Shown: positions 1 through 13,960 of the stretch, piece after piece
Numbering within the stretch: the first letter of the stretch is position 1
How the letters are laid out: the number at the start of each line of letters is the position of its first letter
From: Camelus dromedarius
Lineage: Eukaryota
Length of the DNA stretch: 64,000 nt
Direction of reading: 5' to 3'
NCBI RefSeq assembly: GCF_036321535.1
Contig: NC_087437.1
Span: forward strand, 88,476,001-88,540,000
Made by a program: the position numbers and the translations under genes
The notes under the pieces: model-generated
The model's database searches: none
Seen by the model: the letters and a program-made list of their open reading frames with translations, nothing else
What the model was told of the DNA's origin: nothing

Positions 1-190
1 TTACCTGCCATCAATTTCATACTGATTGCTGCTCTCCTAATCGTGTTTTAAGCTAAATCAACATTAAATATGTTGTTTTAGGTATTTCAATAAGATCGAA
101 ATTCCTGTATGGACTTGTGTAATACATTTGCTCTCAAATAAAATTCTTTCATAATAACACTTCATATTCCAAATCTGGTAGGTGACTTGA

Positions 191-615
191 TGTATCAGCC
201 AGAATTCCCTTCAGGAATGAAAGCTTTAACTCCCTACCCTGCCGTATCTGCTTAGAGTTCCCCCTGCAGTCCCCGTGGGATGCCCTCAGCTCAGAAGATC
301 CACCTCACATAGCTCACGTTATGCCCTCCTTCCCAGGACAGCCCACATCCAATAACTGACTGAAGTGGTAAAGTGCCGGCCCCCCTTCTCTAATTCAGAC
401 CAACTCTGAAGGGTCATCTAAACTTCAGAGCCCCCGGTTGGTTTGGCTGAGGCTTCTGTTTAGACTACATCAGAATTCAGGCTCTGTGTCTACGGATGCA
501 GCCTGCACACAGGTCCCGCCCCTTTGCTTCCTCAGGTGAGAAACCCAACAGCAGTCTGCCGTAAACTTTCTACTCTCAGTGCAAGAGTGTTTCCCAGGGA
601 ACTTGACCTGAAGTA
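191..615 (+). mobile_element. ERVL LTR (LTR16-like), degraded
   Basis: Motifs ggacagcccacatccaat-actgactg and caactctgaagggtcatc-cagagccccc-ttggctgaggc resemble LTR16 (from memory). Confidence 0.55.
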
Positions 616-934
616 CAGGATAACAGTTTCACAGAATCAAAAATGGTTACATGGAGGATTAACCTCCTCCCCTACAAAATACTGGCAAAGCAGAATATCA
701 TTTGAAAAAATCTGAATTCTTGCATTGTTGATTAAATTGCAAGTCACTGAAAAGAATGCCTGCTTGCCCTTCCCTGAGGACTCCTCGAAACACTGTTGTA
801 TTTGTTAAGAGGTTGTCGTCACAGGGAAGTGTTTAAAGAATTGTACAACTTTATTTCCATTTACTGAAATTAAAAAAGGGGGGATTGATCTTTTATCTTT
901 TAACACAATCAATTTTAGATTACCATTATTTTTA

Positions 935-1392
935 TTTTTTGGCTTTATATATATGTTGATATATATAAATTCAATACATATATATTGAAGTATAGTCAGT
1001 TTACAATGTTGTATCAATTTCTGGTATACAGCACAATGCTTTAATCATACATGAACATATATATATTCGTTTTCATATTCTTTTTCACTGTAAGTTGCTA
1101 CAAGATATTGAATATAGTTCCCTGTACTATACAGTATTAACTTGTTGTTTATCTATTTTATATATAGTAGTTAGTATCTGCAAATCTCGAACTCCCAATT
1201 TATTCCTTCTCATCCCCTTTTCCCCTCTGATAACCATAAGCTTGTTTTCTATGTGAGTCTGTTTCTGTTTTGTAAATAAATTTGTTTGTCTTTTTTTTTT
1301 TTTTTTAGATTCCACATATGAGTGATCTCATATGGTTATTTTTCTTTCTCTTTCTGGTGTGCTTCACTTAGAATGACAATCTCCAGGTCTGA
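935..1392 (-). mobile_element. L1 3' end fragment
   Basis: ttgaagtatagtcagtttacaatgttgt...agattccacatatgagtgat; same 3'UTR type recurs at ~43410, ~60790 and ~61520. Confidence 0.85.
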
Positions 1393-2869
1393 TATTATTT
1401 TTGATTGGTAAGGTTGGAGGTTCTCGTGGCAAAAATGGTCTTTTCCCGTCTAGATTACGGGGACTGAATTTGTAGTCTGTCTCCTAATAGTTTTCTCTCT
1501 ACTTTGTTGTACAAGATCATCTCTTCACTATACCCCCAACTACCTTAGTTTAATCAAAATCTCTGCAGTCTGTCCATACATTGGTTTTTGCTGTTCTTTT
1601 GAGCTTTCCCCTTCGGTTTCCTTTTTTTCTTCTCTGTTCACTCTCCTCGGGCAAAAATTAATGAGACTGAATCTAAGGTATCATACTAATATCCTCAGAC
1701 ACTTGCTACTGCATGGAGCACAGATCAATATCTTTGAAATGGCTAATAATAGAAAGCGTTTCTTCTCAAAGATAGGCAAGGTGAATCTGAACTTGCCAAG
1801 TTTGCATGTGCTGTGTTCTGTAGTTAATACCATATGTACCTCGGTGCAACATGCTGCTGTATATCACAGAATGTGCCTTAGGAAGGCTAATATTGATGCA
1901 CTGTACCAACTCAGAGAATGTAGGCCCGGGCCTAACATGCCTGCATAAATCTTACCTGTGTAATGAAGAGAACAGGCTCATGCTTGACCAGGGAACTGGC
2001 AACTTACTCCTCCTGCCACCATTTGCATTTCTCAGACTTTCAGGCCATTCTTACCCGACAGACTGCACTGAACTTTGAAAACTATTAAAACAGATACATT
2101 GTTTAAAGGAAGATATTTTTTATGACACATGAGGGAGAAAATGTGACCAAGATAAAAGCTAGTTTTGTGCAATATTTACATGTAGGAGAATTGTGAATGC
2201 AGAATTTTCAGTTTTCTCTTTCTAGCCCCCTTTTTTAGTCTCAAAGAGCATGACTAGTTAATATCCTAAATTAACAGCGTATAATATCTGATTAAACATA
2301 CACTCATTATGAAGTAAGATTCAATTTGCTCTCTAACCTTCATAAGTCAAGTGTATGAAAGGGCATCCTTGGAAAATAAATGATCCAAGGGCTTAATCAC
2401 TGTTAGTAAAATTGTCAGCACCAGTGGGTATTTATATTTGTCTGGAGAGCTGATAAAATGGCCAAATACTTTAAACTGGTATTATTTGTGCTTGATAATG
2501 TGATGTCCTTGGAGATTCCCAAAGTAAAGACAGTCTTTTGCCTTCCAGATTTGCATATGATTCATAGATAAATTCAGAAACTTTGACATGTACTGAACTA
2601 TAAACAAGAGATGTGTCAATTAATCGTCACTTTCCTGACATGGAGAAGTGTGAAGACCTTTCAGTCTTGGTAAAGCTAATATGGGCTTTTAGAATCCATA
2701 TAAGTTTCACTGAAAGATGAAACTAAAACAATATTTTCTCTAGCTGGAACTCACATTTTACAGTGCTTACAGCATCTCTAATAACCTTGGAAATGAAAGT
2801 TCATAAAAACTTAATAAAATACACATTAAAATATTAGTGAGAAGAGTGACATATTAATCCAATGCAAAA

Positions 2870-2977
2870 ATGTCAAGTCTTTACCAAAGAATAAATGAAG
2901 AGAGAAAGGTTGCCAGCAGATTTTTATGTCTATCAGAATCTGAAACACGGAAGTGAGCATTCCACAACAGCTGACAG
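2870..2977 (+). CDS. Cryptic gene exon 1 (coding part, ATG at 2870; ends phase 0)
   Basis: 36 codons; TGA at 2954 and 2972; donor CAG|gtgagt. Confidence 0.7.
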
Positions 2978-3056
2978 GTGAGTGATAAACTAATTCCTAG
3001 AGTTAACCTTTGTTATTGAAGCAACTGGGGATTTATGACCCTGTAATAATCTTCAG

Positions 3057-3214
3057 GCCCCAGGGGTGGCACCATCAGATGGTTACCATGACTATGAGAT
3101 GGTATCATAAGAAGTTATTAATAACCTCATTGCTGCTGAAGGAACTCTTCCAGGAGTACTTGCACCAGGGAATGATTCGCCACTAAAGGAACTACGCAGT
3201 TTCTTCCAAGACAG
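3057..3214 (+). CDS. Exon 2 (phase 0-2)
   Basis: cttcag| acceptor after a 79-nt intron; APGVAPSDGYHDYEMVS*EVINNLIAAEGTLPGVLAPGNDSPLKELRSFFQD; donor AG|gttaat. Confidence 0.75.
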
Positions 3215-3774
3215 GTTAATAAATTTATCTCTAAATAAATTAAAATAACCAAGCACAATGGGAGAACATTATGGAGAAAAATAACTTCTTCCAACATTTA
3301 ATTTGATGCATGGTATCAAAATTCATCATGAAAACTTTAATATGTGTTGAGCATTATCACAGCTCTAGGTAGATTAATGACAGAAAAGCAACAGTGTAAA
3401 AGCATCTTTCAGTGTTGAAGGCAGAGGGATTTCAAGGTGCCTTAGGGTATATATGGTTTAAATTTGTGAATGATAGAGATAAGTTTCACATGTTCACTGA
3501 GAAAAGTTTGATGTAAAAAGCTGTAGGTTTAAGTTAAGTGCATTTGAATTGCTAGATACGTCTCCCCTAAAGACCTCTTCTGGAAATAATATCACTTTGA
3601 GTTAATATGGTCCAGATTTCCTATAGAGAGAAGGGAGGGAAAGTGGAAGAGTAAGGAAAGACATGTTCTTTGTTTGCCTCTTCTGTGGAAAGTTTCAGAG
3701 CTGTTAATCCACTGAAAGTAATGCATCAGCTTGATTCATTATGATGGTATAGTATTAAACGCATCATCTTAACT

Positions 3775-4530
3775 TTTTCCCCAGACTTATTGAGATATAA
3801 TTGACATATGACCTTGTGTAAATTTAACACAACAAGTTGATTTGATACACTTTTATACTGTAATATGATTACCACCATAGCAGTTTTAGCTAACACCTCC
3901 ACCATATCACATCATTACCATTTCTTTGGTGCAATGAGAACATTTAAAATCTCTCTTAGCTGCTTTCAAGTGTATACTACAGTATTGTGAACTATAATCA
4001 CAATGCTGTGCAAAGATCCCCAGTTCTTCTAACTAAAACTTTCTATACTTGACCAACATCTCTCCATTTCTCCCACCATTCAGTCCCTGGTGATCACCGT
4101 TCTACTCTGTGCACTTTGGTTGAGAATGTAAATTGGTACAGCCATTATGGAAAACAATGTAGAGATTCCTCAAAAAATGAAAAATAGAACTACCATATGA
4201 TCCAGCAATCCTGCTCCTGGGTATATATATCCAAAGGAAAGGAAAACAGGATAGCAATGAGAAATCTGCACTCCCATGTTATTGCAGCATTTTTGACAAT
4301 AGCCAAGATATGGAAACAACCTAAGTGCCTGTCAGTGGATGAATAGATAAAGAAAACAAACATGGTATATGCATATACAATGGAATATTTTCAGCCATGA
4401 GAAATAAGGAGATCTTTCCATTTGTGACAACATGAATGAATCTTGAGGGCATTATGCTACATGAAATAGGTCACACAGAGAAATACAAATACTGTATGAT
4501 CTCATTATATACGTGGGATCTAAAAAAAGT
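3775..4530. mobile_element. L1 3' fragment with internal inversion
   Basis: 3775-4110 is antisense L1 3'UTR; 4115-4530 is sense ORF2 end (aaaatagaactaccatatgatccagcaatcc). Confidence 0.75.
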
Positions 4531-5628
4531 GAACTCACTGAATCAGGTTAACTCTTTGTTAAAAATAAAGAAATGTGTATACTTAAACCAGCTTGGGAAA
4601 GTGCATGAAATATATGCCTTTTTACTTATTAGTATTGTTTTAAATTAATATCTGATTTATCATATAAATTTAGTTTTATGGACAAAAGCATTATGAATAA
4701 TCTTAAAATATATATAACATATATTTGCAGTGTCCTTTCCTTTCCCCTTCTAACAGACAGTATGTGTAATCTAGACTAGAGTGGTAGACAGACTTGTTGT
4801 TACTGCAATTCTCGCTCTCCTTTCTCTCATTTTCAGGAAGGAAGGCCTCTCTCCTCTTCTTGAGAAAGACTCCTAGCTTTGTGAGTCTTTCTCGAGAATC
4901 TCTGGTTCTCTTGATCATCACAAGGTGTTTCAAGGCATAGTCTACACACTACCTGGAATGCCTCATTTCCTAGAACAATTCTCTTTCCACCATTGCCAGA
5001 ATTAACACCAACTCTGCAGGCACAGATACATTTTTGACCAAAGAAATAAGAATTTCAAAGGGTGGCTACCTGTAGGAGGAAGGATGTTAGCTACTCAGCT
5101 ACCAGGACTTTCCCTTGGGACTCAGAAGATTATTCCCAAGGAAAGGGGCTATCAGTGGGCTTTCCCTTTGTTCTAAGCTTCAGGTTCAAGTGTCCTGTCC
5201 CCTGCCCTTAGTCAATAATCTATGTTTTCCAGTAATCCTATTCAAAAAGCCATATCCCTCCCTACTTCCTGCAATGAAGGAAAGCTCCATTTCTCCTTAA
5301 GGGAAGAGAAGTCTATAAATTCTTTACCATACTCTCCCTTCTCCAAAGTAAAGCCAAATGCAAGTGGCAGCAGTTAACAGCTATGCCATCAGCTTCTTCC
5401 TCAGTGGTTCTCAAACCTGGTTATGCACTAGAATCCCCTGGAGAAGTTCTTAAAACTACTTTTGCCCCAGCACCCAAATCACCCTCCCCAAAGTCTGTTA
5501 TTTGATTGGGGTTATGGTCATTGGGAGAACACAGTTATAAATACCACCTACAAACATATGACCAGTTGTAGAAACAAAGACTGTAAGAGTTGTAAGTATT
5601 CTTTCCTTGTTTTTATATGTTTGTATAT

Positions 5629-7800
5629 TGTGATGGTTAATTTTATGTGTCAATTTGGTTGGCCTATGTAGTCCAGATATGCTATCATTATTCTGAATGT
5701 TTCGGTGACAGGTATTTTTAAATGAGATTAACATTTAAATCGGTGGACTTTGAATAAGTCAGATTACCCTCTGTAATGTAGATGGCCTCATTCAGTCAGC
5801 TGAAGGCTTGAATAGCACAAAAGGCAGACCTACCTTGAGCAAGAGGAAATTCTGCATGGGACAGTCTTCCGACTTGAACTACAGAGTTGGTTCTTTGGCC
5901 TTCGTACTTGAATTGCAGTATTGGCTCTTTCCTGGGTCTCCAGCCTGCAGCTCACCATGCAGATTTTCAGTTCTGTTTCTCTGGAGAACCCTGATTAACA
6001 CAGATTTGGGGAGCATGAAGTGAGGTGCTGCTATACAAACAAATGTGAACTTAGCTTTGGAACTGGGGAATGGGTGGAGGTTGAAAGAACTCTGAGTACA
6101 TGCTAGAAAAAAACTTCGATTGTCTTGAAGAGACTGATGTTAGGAGAATGGACAATGGAGGTGATTCTGGTGAGATCTTAGACAGAGATGAGAATATGTA
6201 ACTGGAAACCGGAGGAAAGGCAATCCTTGCTATAAAATGGCAAAGAACTTGGCTGATTTGTGTTCTAGTGTTTTGTGTAAAGTAGAAGAGAAAAGTGATG
6301 AATTTGGCTATTTAGCTGAGGAGATTTCTTAGCTAAGTGTTAAAGGTGTGGCCAGGTTTCTCCTTGGAGCTTACAGTAAAAAGCAAGAGAAGAGATACAG
6401 GTTGAAGAAACTTGTTTACCAAAAAGAAACCAGAACTTGAAGGTCTGGAAAATTATCAGACTATTCATATTGCAAAAAAATAAGAAAGTACTCTGGAGAG
6501 CAGCAAGGGTGTGGCTGGAAACCTATTTGATAGAGAAATTATGGATATGACTCATAGATCCAAGGAGACATCTCAGCAGAAGCCAGGAATACAAATGAGG
6601 CCACATCAGCAGAAGCACTGCCCGCTTGGGGACAGTGACAGCACTAAATGAAAAGAGACTATTGTACTCCTGGGATTGTACAGGATGGAACAACGGAGCT
6701 GTCTGGCTGTGAGCATGTTATCTGACAAGAAAAAAGAAGGATGATCTGGAAGTCTGAAGAGATTGTCGGGGAAGCCACTATCACCACAGGCCCTAAGGGT
6801 ACGAGTCCAGTCTCCCCTTCTCAGTTTCAGTGGGCCATACAGTTGCCACCCAGTGATTCTGGGGCAAGTCTGCTGTCCAGGACCTTAGAGACAGAGTCAG
6901 CACCTGATGCTGATGGGATTCAGAAAGGGGCTGTCACCCCAGGGGGCCCAGAGGGCAGAGAATTGAGCCAAAGAGGATTATTCTAGAGCTTTAAAATATA
7001 ATGGGGGGTAGGGTATAGTTCAGTTGGAGAATGCATGCTTAGCATGCACAAGGTCCTGGGTTCAATCCCCAGTACTTCCATTAAAAAAAATTAAAATAAA
7101 AAAATCTAATTACTACCTCCCCCAAGAACCCTCCCCCCCAAAAAAACCAAACAAACAAAAAACCAGAACATTGAAGACTGACAGAGAAAAGAATCATTAA
7201 GCTTGAAAAAGAGCCAAGACATGGAAACAACCTAATTGTCCTTTGACAGATGACTGGATAAAGGAGCTGTGGTATATTTATATAGTGGGATACTACTCAG
7301 CCATTAAAAAGAGTAAAATAATGCCATTTGCAGCAACATGGATAGACCTGGAGATTGTCATTCTAAGTGAAGTAAGTCAGAAAGAGAAAGAAAAATACCA
7401 TACCAGAAATTGACACAACATTGTAAACTGACTACATTTCAGTAAAAAAAAAAAAAAAAATTGTGCAAATTATAATTTTCAGTTAAATATTTAAATAAAT
7501 TTCTTTTTGAGAAAGAGAAAAAAAAGAGCAGGTATTAACATCTCATGGAATTTGCCTTGCTAGGTTTTAGATTTGCTTGGGACTCTTCACCCCCCTTTTT
7601 GTCTGATTTCTCACTTTTGGAATGCAAATGTCCATCTTATGCTTGTTTCACCATTGTATTTTGTAAGCACAAACCTGTCTGGTTTCACAAGTTCAAAGCC
7701 AAAGAGGGATTTTGCCCCAGGGTGAATCATATTTCGAGTCTAACTCATATATGATTTAGTGATATTTAGATGAAACTTTGCACTTAAAGTTGATGATGGA
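5629..7800 (+). mobile_element. MLT2-like LTR plus MaLR/ERVL internal sequence, interrupted by a SINE and an L1 piece
   Basis: tgtgatggttaattttatgtgtcaa start; internal motifs gctttggaactgg and tggctatttagctgaggagatttct. Confidence 0.7.
7003..7165 (+). mobile_element. tRNA-derived SINE (camelid Vic-1-like)
   Basis: gggtatagttcagttggagaatgcatgcttagcatgcacaaggtcctgggttcaatccccag with A/B boxes and an A-rich tail. Confidence 0.85.
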
Positions 7801-8489
7801 ATGTAATTATATTTAGATATAGGGCCTCTGAAGAAGTGATTAAGATTTGCAGATATTGGCTGGTATATGTGAAATGGATAAGCAACAAGTTTCTTGTTTA
7901 TAGCACAAGGAACTGTATTCAATATCTTGTGGAAACCTATAATGCAAAGGAATATGAAAATGAATATATTTATGTATATTTATGACTGAAATATTGTGCT
8001 GTACACCAGAAATATACACATTGTGAACTGACTGTGCTTCAATTAAAAAAAAAAGTATCCTAAGCCAGCCTTAATGGCCACTATATTTTCAACCTGGGAA
8101 TGGATAAAACTTTCATCAATAATTTTGATTTGGTGAGTCTGCTTCTGAAGGACAATATGAGCTTATACAGAACTTGCTTTGTCCTAAGAATTAATTTAAG
8201 TTCTTTGTATAGATATTAATTTATTTCAAATACCTTGTGGCTTTGTGAGGTATGCATTTTTATTGTATCCATTTCACAGATGAGTCAACTGAGGCCCCAG
8301 AGCCATCAAGGAATTGACTCAAGGTTAAATGAGTGACAGAATCAGGATGCAAACCAAGATGCTCTGAATTTAGGGTCCATGTCCTTCACTGTTCTGCTGC
8401 ACTGCCTTTCAGAGAGGGAAGGAAAATTCCAATTTCACCTCTGAATTCTTCTTTGCAATTGGTTGTATATTATATGTATATATATATAT

Positions 8490-11000
8490 ATATTTAATTC
8501 AACAGATATTTATTGAGTACCTACCGTGTCCAGTCATCATTCTAAACTCTGGTGATACAGTGATGAACAAAATGGATTAAAAAGATTTCTTCTCTGTGAT
8601 GGGATGAATGTTTGTGTTCCCTCCACCCCAAATTCACAGTTTAATCTTAACCCCAAAGTGATGATGTTAGGTGGTGGATTCTTTGGGAAGTGATTAGGTC
8701 ATCCCCTTCTGCCCTCAGGAATGGGATTAGTGCCCTTATAAAAGAGACCTCAGAGAGGTCCCTTGCCCCTTCTGCCTCGTGAGGACTCAGCAAAAAGATG
8801 ACCACCTATAAACCAGAAAGTGCAGTCTCACTAGAGGCCAGGCAGCTGGAGCCTTGATCTGAGACTTCCCAGCCTCTAGAACTGCGAGAAATAAATGTTT
8901 ATTGTTTAAGCCACCCAGTTGATGGTATTTTTGTTATAGCAGCCCGAGCTAAGACATTCTCTCTCAAAGCTTTTGTTCTAGTGCAAGGAGACAAAAGTAA
9001 ACTAGTAGAATACATGATGTTTCAGAGGGTGATAAGTACTTGGCATAGAAATAGCAAGTGCAAGGGATAGCATAAAACTAGCATATTCAAAAAACAATAA
9101 GGATTCCCAGTGTGGCTGGAACTGAGGGAGTTATAGCAGTTCAGGTTGCAGGAGAAAGTATCATGGCATGAGACTGTGTGAGCTCCAGAGCCATTGTGTG
9201 GACTGGCTCTGCGTGAGAAGACAGATAATTGAAGGATCGAGGCAGAGGACTGGCATAATTTTACTTATCTCTCTGAATTTTGTGGATACTAAAATGGAGT
9301 GGTGCAAGGAACATAAAAGGATTAAAGCAAAAAAAAAAAGTTTAAAAACCATTGTAATAATCAAGGTGAGACATGACAGTGCTGTGAACATGGATGATGG
9401 GAGTTGTGAGAAACCATCACGTTGTAGTCGTAGGCTGAAGAAGCAACTGATGAAATTTGAAAACAGATTAAACATGTGGTGTAAGATAAAGAAAGAACTT
9501 AAGTATGTCCCCAGAGTTTTTGTTTTGGGAATTAGAACAATGGAATTATCATTTAATAAGATGGTGAAGAATGCTAGAGGAGCAGGTTTGGGGAGAATAT
9601 TGGAGCCCATTTTAGGATACATTAAGCTTGAGATAGATACTAGACATTTTCATCAAGTAGTCAAGTAGGCAGTTGGATATATGAGTCTGGACTTCAGGGG
9701 GGCGTTCTGGTCTTCAGATGAACAAGTGAGAGACCTGAGCATATCGTTGGTATTTAAAGTCATGACCTCAATGAAATAATCTACTGCAGTGGAACTCAAA
9801 GTGTGGTCCCAGAACCTGCAGCATTGGCATCACTTGAGAACTTGTTAGAAAGGCAAATTCTATAGAATCAGAAACTGCAAGGGATGGATCTCAGCATTCT
9901 GTGCTTTTGCACGTCTACCAAATGATACCAACTGACACAGCTAAAGTTTGAGAAGCATTGTATTAGTCTGCTCAGGCTGTCACTGCAAAATGCCACAGAA
10001 GAGATGGTGTTGACAACATAAACTCACTTTCTCCAAGTTCTGAAGGCTAGAAGTCCAACATCAGTTGGGCTGCCAGGATGACTAGTTTCTGGTGAAGCCT
10101 CTCTTCTTGGCTTGTAGCTGGCCACCTTTTCTCTGTGTCCTCACAGGGCCTTTGTCTCAGCAAATGCACAGAGTGAGACAGCTCTCTGGTACCTTCTTCC
10201 TGCTCTTATAAGGACACCGATCTCATTAAATTAGGACCCACCTTTATGACATCATTTAACCCTAATCACCTCCCAAAAGCCCCCATCTCCAAATACCATC
10301 ACATTGGTGGGGTAAGACTTCAAAATATGAATTTTGGTGGGGACAGAATTCAGTCCATAATAAACACTGATCTGAGGAAGGAGTGTAGAAAGAGAAGACT
10401 TCCAAAACTGAGCCTTGGGGCACTTCATATTTAGACAATGAGATGGTGAATAGGAACATGCAAACAGATAGAAGAGGGGAAGCTAGTGAAGGAGCAGGAA
10501 CACCAAGGAAGTCTGGGTCTTGGAAAGCCAAGTAAATTAAGTGTAACAAGGAGAGAGAGTGATTTTGGAAAAAATGGTACTGACAGATCAAGCAAGGTGA
10601 GAACTTAGAATTGACCATTGGATTTTTCCAAGCAGGCTCATTGTTGGTTTTGACAAAAGCAGTCTAATTGGATGATGGAGACTAATGCCCAACTGGAATG
10701 GGTGAGAGAGAAATGGGAGGAGAGGAACATGCAGATGTTTTCAAGAAGTTTTTCTAACAAAGGGGAGCAGAGAAACAGGCTGATATTTGGAAAAAGATGT
10801 AGGATTATGAGAGTTTCGTTTTTAGGAAAAATTATACCATGTTTGTTTTCTGATAGGAATAATTCTGGAAAGACAGAAAATAAAATTTTTCAGGTGAGAG
10901 GGGAGAGAATTTCTAGAGAGAGAGAACCTTGTGTGGATGAGATGGAATGGGGAAATTAATAGACAGCTGCAGCCACTGGTTTTCATAACACACAATATAG
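8490..11000. mobile_element. L2 remnant with nested MLT1 LTRs (~8597-8955, ~9960-10360) and MER5A (~9785-9960)
   Basis: attcaacagatatttattgagtacctac L2 end; typical MLT1 and MER5A termini. Confidence 0.75.
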
Positions 11001-11531
11001 TGGGTAAAAGAGTATTTACCATCAATAGAAAAGTTAGATTTTCATAAGATAGTCAAGGGTTGACCTTTTCATGTTCTGATTGCCAATGGTTTGCTGCAGT
11101 TTAATGCTGAATTCCTCTTTGTTCCAAGACCCATATACATCTAGTAATAATATTTTACTTGAACACGACAAATGGAGATAACATCTGTGCAGAAGGAAAA
11201 TGTAATTTGTTCGCTGAAGAATAATTATAAACTAGAAGAGCAGTCAACTTAGTGAATCCAAAGTGGATTGGCAAGTCAGTCGACAGATGTGTACATTCTA
11301 TCTGGAGTTTTCTTTTCTGGGGTTGTGTGGATTCAGCTATTGAGTTAATTTAGTTTTATAGCAGGCGGAATTAAATTTTACTCTTAAGCTTTGTTTGTCT
11401 TCAGAGTGCTAATGAGAAAAAGAAAAATGCTCATTCAACGGGAAAAAGAAAGACAACTCTGATGAGTCTGTTTGCTAGAGGAGAACAGTCAATATTTTGT
11501 TTCAGAGCATTTCTTATATTTCATTTTGAAG

Positions 11532-11610
11532 ACTTTATGATGATTTAACATGGACCGGAGAAGATACTCCACTGCAAAATAAAATCCTTTATAACAGACA
11601 TTTCCCTTTG
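11532..11610 (+). CDS. Exon 3 (phase 2-0)
   Basis: tttcattttgaag| ; open, LYDDLTWTGEDTPLQNKILYNRHFPL; donor TTG|gtgaga. Confidence 0.8.
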
Positions 11611-13192
11611 GTGAGATCCATTTACATATTTTGCTCAATAGCTATCATTAAGTATTAGCAGATGTAAAATATGCTCTTATTTCCCCTTCTCTCACTTCTT
11701 CCTCTTTGGTTTAACTCTGCACTCATATTTAAATAGATGGATATGGGGCTACTGTCGCCCCAAGAAGGAGCTGTGACAGAAGGATCTAGTATACCAGTTA
11801 GCCAGTTCTTTTCATTTAATATCAAAATCATGGTCCAGATTTTAAGGCAGAAAATTTGGAACAAATAAGATTTTTCCTCTGAGAGAGAAAGAAAGACAAA
11901 GAGAAACTTCAGGGTAGAATTGAAAAAGAATTAGGAGTATTAGATGCTTGTAAATGGTTCTTAGAAAGAGCTAGAGAGCCCCACTGCCCAACCAGCTGTC
12001 CTTAGCCCCAGGGAAGAGGACATCAAGTTGGGTGTTGAGAGTAGACCTGTGGATCCCTGGGAAATGGTGGTCTTCAGTAATTCCAGTTGCCTTCATGAAT
12101 ATAGAAACAGCTTCTGGTGAGTTTAGGCAGAGTCCCTGAAAAAAATCCCTAAATTTCCTATGTTCTCAATGCATGGAGGAAGAGCATCAGACTTTCTGAG
12201 GGGATGAAGATTCAGTGGACAGAAGAGGGTCTCATAGTTGTGATAAGGTGATGCTGTGGCAGAAAGTAGCACGAAACATTCTGGTGGAGAACAGGTGAGA
12301 TTCGGATGCCTCAGTAGACACCACTTTGGAGAGGGGATGAGGACCAAGAGTCAGTCAGGCAGGCAACATGCATCTCTCAGATACCAGTAAGAAAAGACAC
12401 TAACCAAAGAACAAACATCTCCCTTTGGTGCCATGACTATATTTCCAGGTGCCACTGGAAACTTAGATCATACCCATGGGTGGGGAGGGAGGAGGAAGTG
12501 GGAAAACATTTATTTGACTGAGTTGAGAATTGAAATGACAGTGTTAACTCATAAATGACAAAAACTGCTTTCTAGTACTGGGTGGAAAGGGGCTCAAGAT
12601 TAAATTTAGTTATTGAAAAATAAAGAATGTTACAGTCTTTGTATATGTAAGTGTATGTCTTATGAATTCATACCCCCATATGTACAGTGCATTTCAGAGT
12701 CACTGAGGTATTTCAAATTATTGTTGGAGCACAATTCTTTAAAAATAATCACAAATCATCTAGGTTTTGAAATTCTATATCTTAGTCATATTTAAATGTG
12801 ATAAGATGTTGGATAAAAATTTTCCTTTGGCTGTGATTTTAGTCAAAGTACCTACATATTGTGAAGAAAGGTGTAGAATTTAGTAAAAGATAGCAAAATC
12901 ATTCCAGCAATAACAATCCCTGTGTGCTATATAAGAAAAAAAACAGGAATGGAAACTTACACTTTGAAGGAACTTTTCCGAGCAGAGTGCTTTGTTTATT
13001 TCCGTCATGCCTTATGAATGTTAGAGACTGGCATCTCAGCTTCAGTAAAGTAAACCTGCTGGTTTGTACCCTTTAGAAAAGAGCTTATTCAATAATAAAA
13101 TTAAGTTACATATGTTAGTAGTACATTTGTGACCTGCAATGAAACCTTAGAGCTTTAAGCCTATCAACTCAAAATATGCATTCTATTCATAG

Positions 13193-13314
13193 GAATTCAG
13201 AATATCACGTGAAACTTTTCAAAATCGTTTATCATATGAAGAGGACATTTGGGAAGTAATTGAGGATACTGAAACTGTATGTGGCCTAATTCATAAACCA
13301 CTTGAGTTAAAAAG
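13193..13314 (+). CDS. Exon 4 (phase 0-2)
   Basis: ttctattcatag| ; open, EFRISRETFQNRLSYEEDIWEVIEDTETVCGLIHKPLELK; donor AAG|gtaagt. Confidence 0.85.
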
Positions 13315-13849
13315 GTAAGTCAGCTTTCTGGCTTTTTCATCTGTGTAACCCATTTCTACCTCCTGAAAATTCACAAGGATTCCAGCTCTCAGAGGTAACA
13401 CTGTTTTGGGGGTACAATGAGACATGCCCAAGTGCCTCTGCCAAGCACAGGGGGATCCCTACCCCTTCCTAATATTTCTAAAGAGGCTTGGTGCAGGTGG
13501 ACTCAGATTATATTTTTCCTGGTCATCTCTTGCTCTAATTTCTGGCTTCAGCTGGCATAGCTATTTCCTCTACTAATGCAGTTTTCTTTTAGTATGTCAG
13601 ATTTGTAGAGTCATAGAAATTACTTAAAAGGATTAAAGCACAGCAAAGTACAGGCAGTAACTTAAAACTGAATATGAGACATTCCTTCTTTAAAACCAGC
13701 GTCTATTTATTTCCTGAAGTGATCTTAATCCTCAGAGCTCTGCCTGCTTTCTTGTTGCCCTACTATTCACCATCTTTCCACGATCTTTCCCCATAGCTTT
13801 CCATTCTGAATCCTGTCTCTCTAACTCACTGTTCAGACACTGGCTATTT

Positions 13850-13960
13850 CTAAATTAATTTTTAAATTTTTTTTAAAATGAAAGTACTAGGGATTGAACC
13901 CAGGACCTTGTGCATGCTAATCACACACTCTCCAACTGAGCTATACCCACCCCTACCCAA
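13850..13960 (-). mobile_element. tRNA-derived SINE (Vic-1-like)
   Basis: gggattgaacccaggaccttgtgcatgctaa...ctgagctataccc, the reverse complement of the 7003 family. Confidence 0.85.

Noticed and set aside
7003..7080. tRNA gene
   Set aside because: Three diverged copies with A-rich tails in the window indicate a SINE.
9161..9668. Longest ORFs (153 and 166 aa, opposite strands)
   Set aside because: They lie within a decayed L2; chance ORFs.
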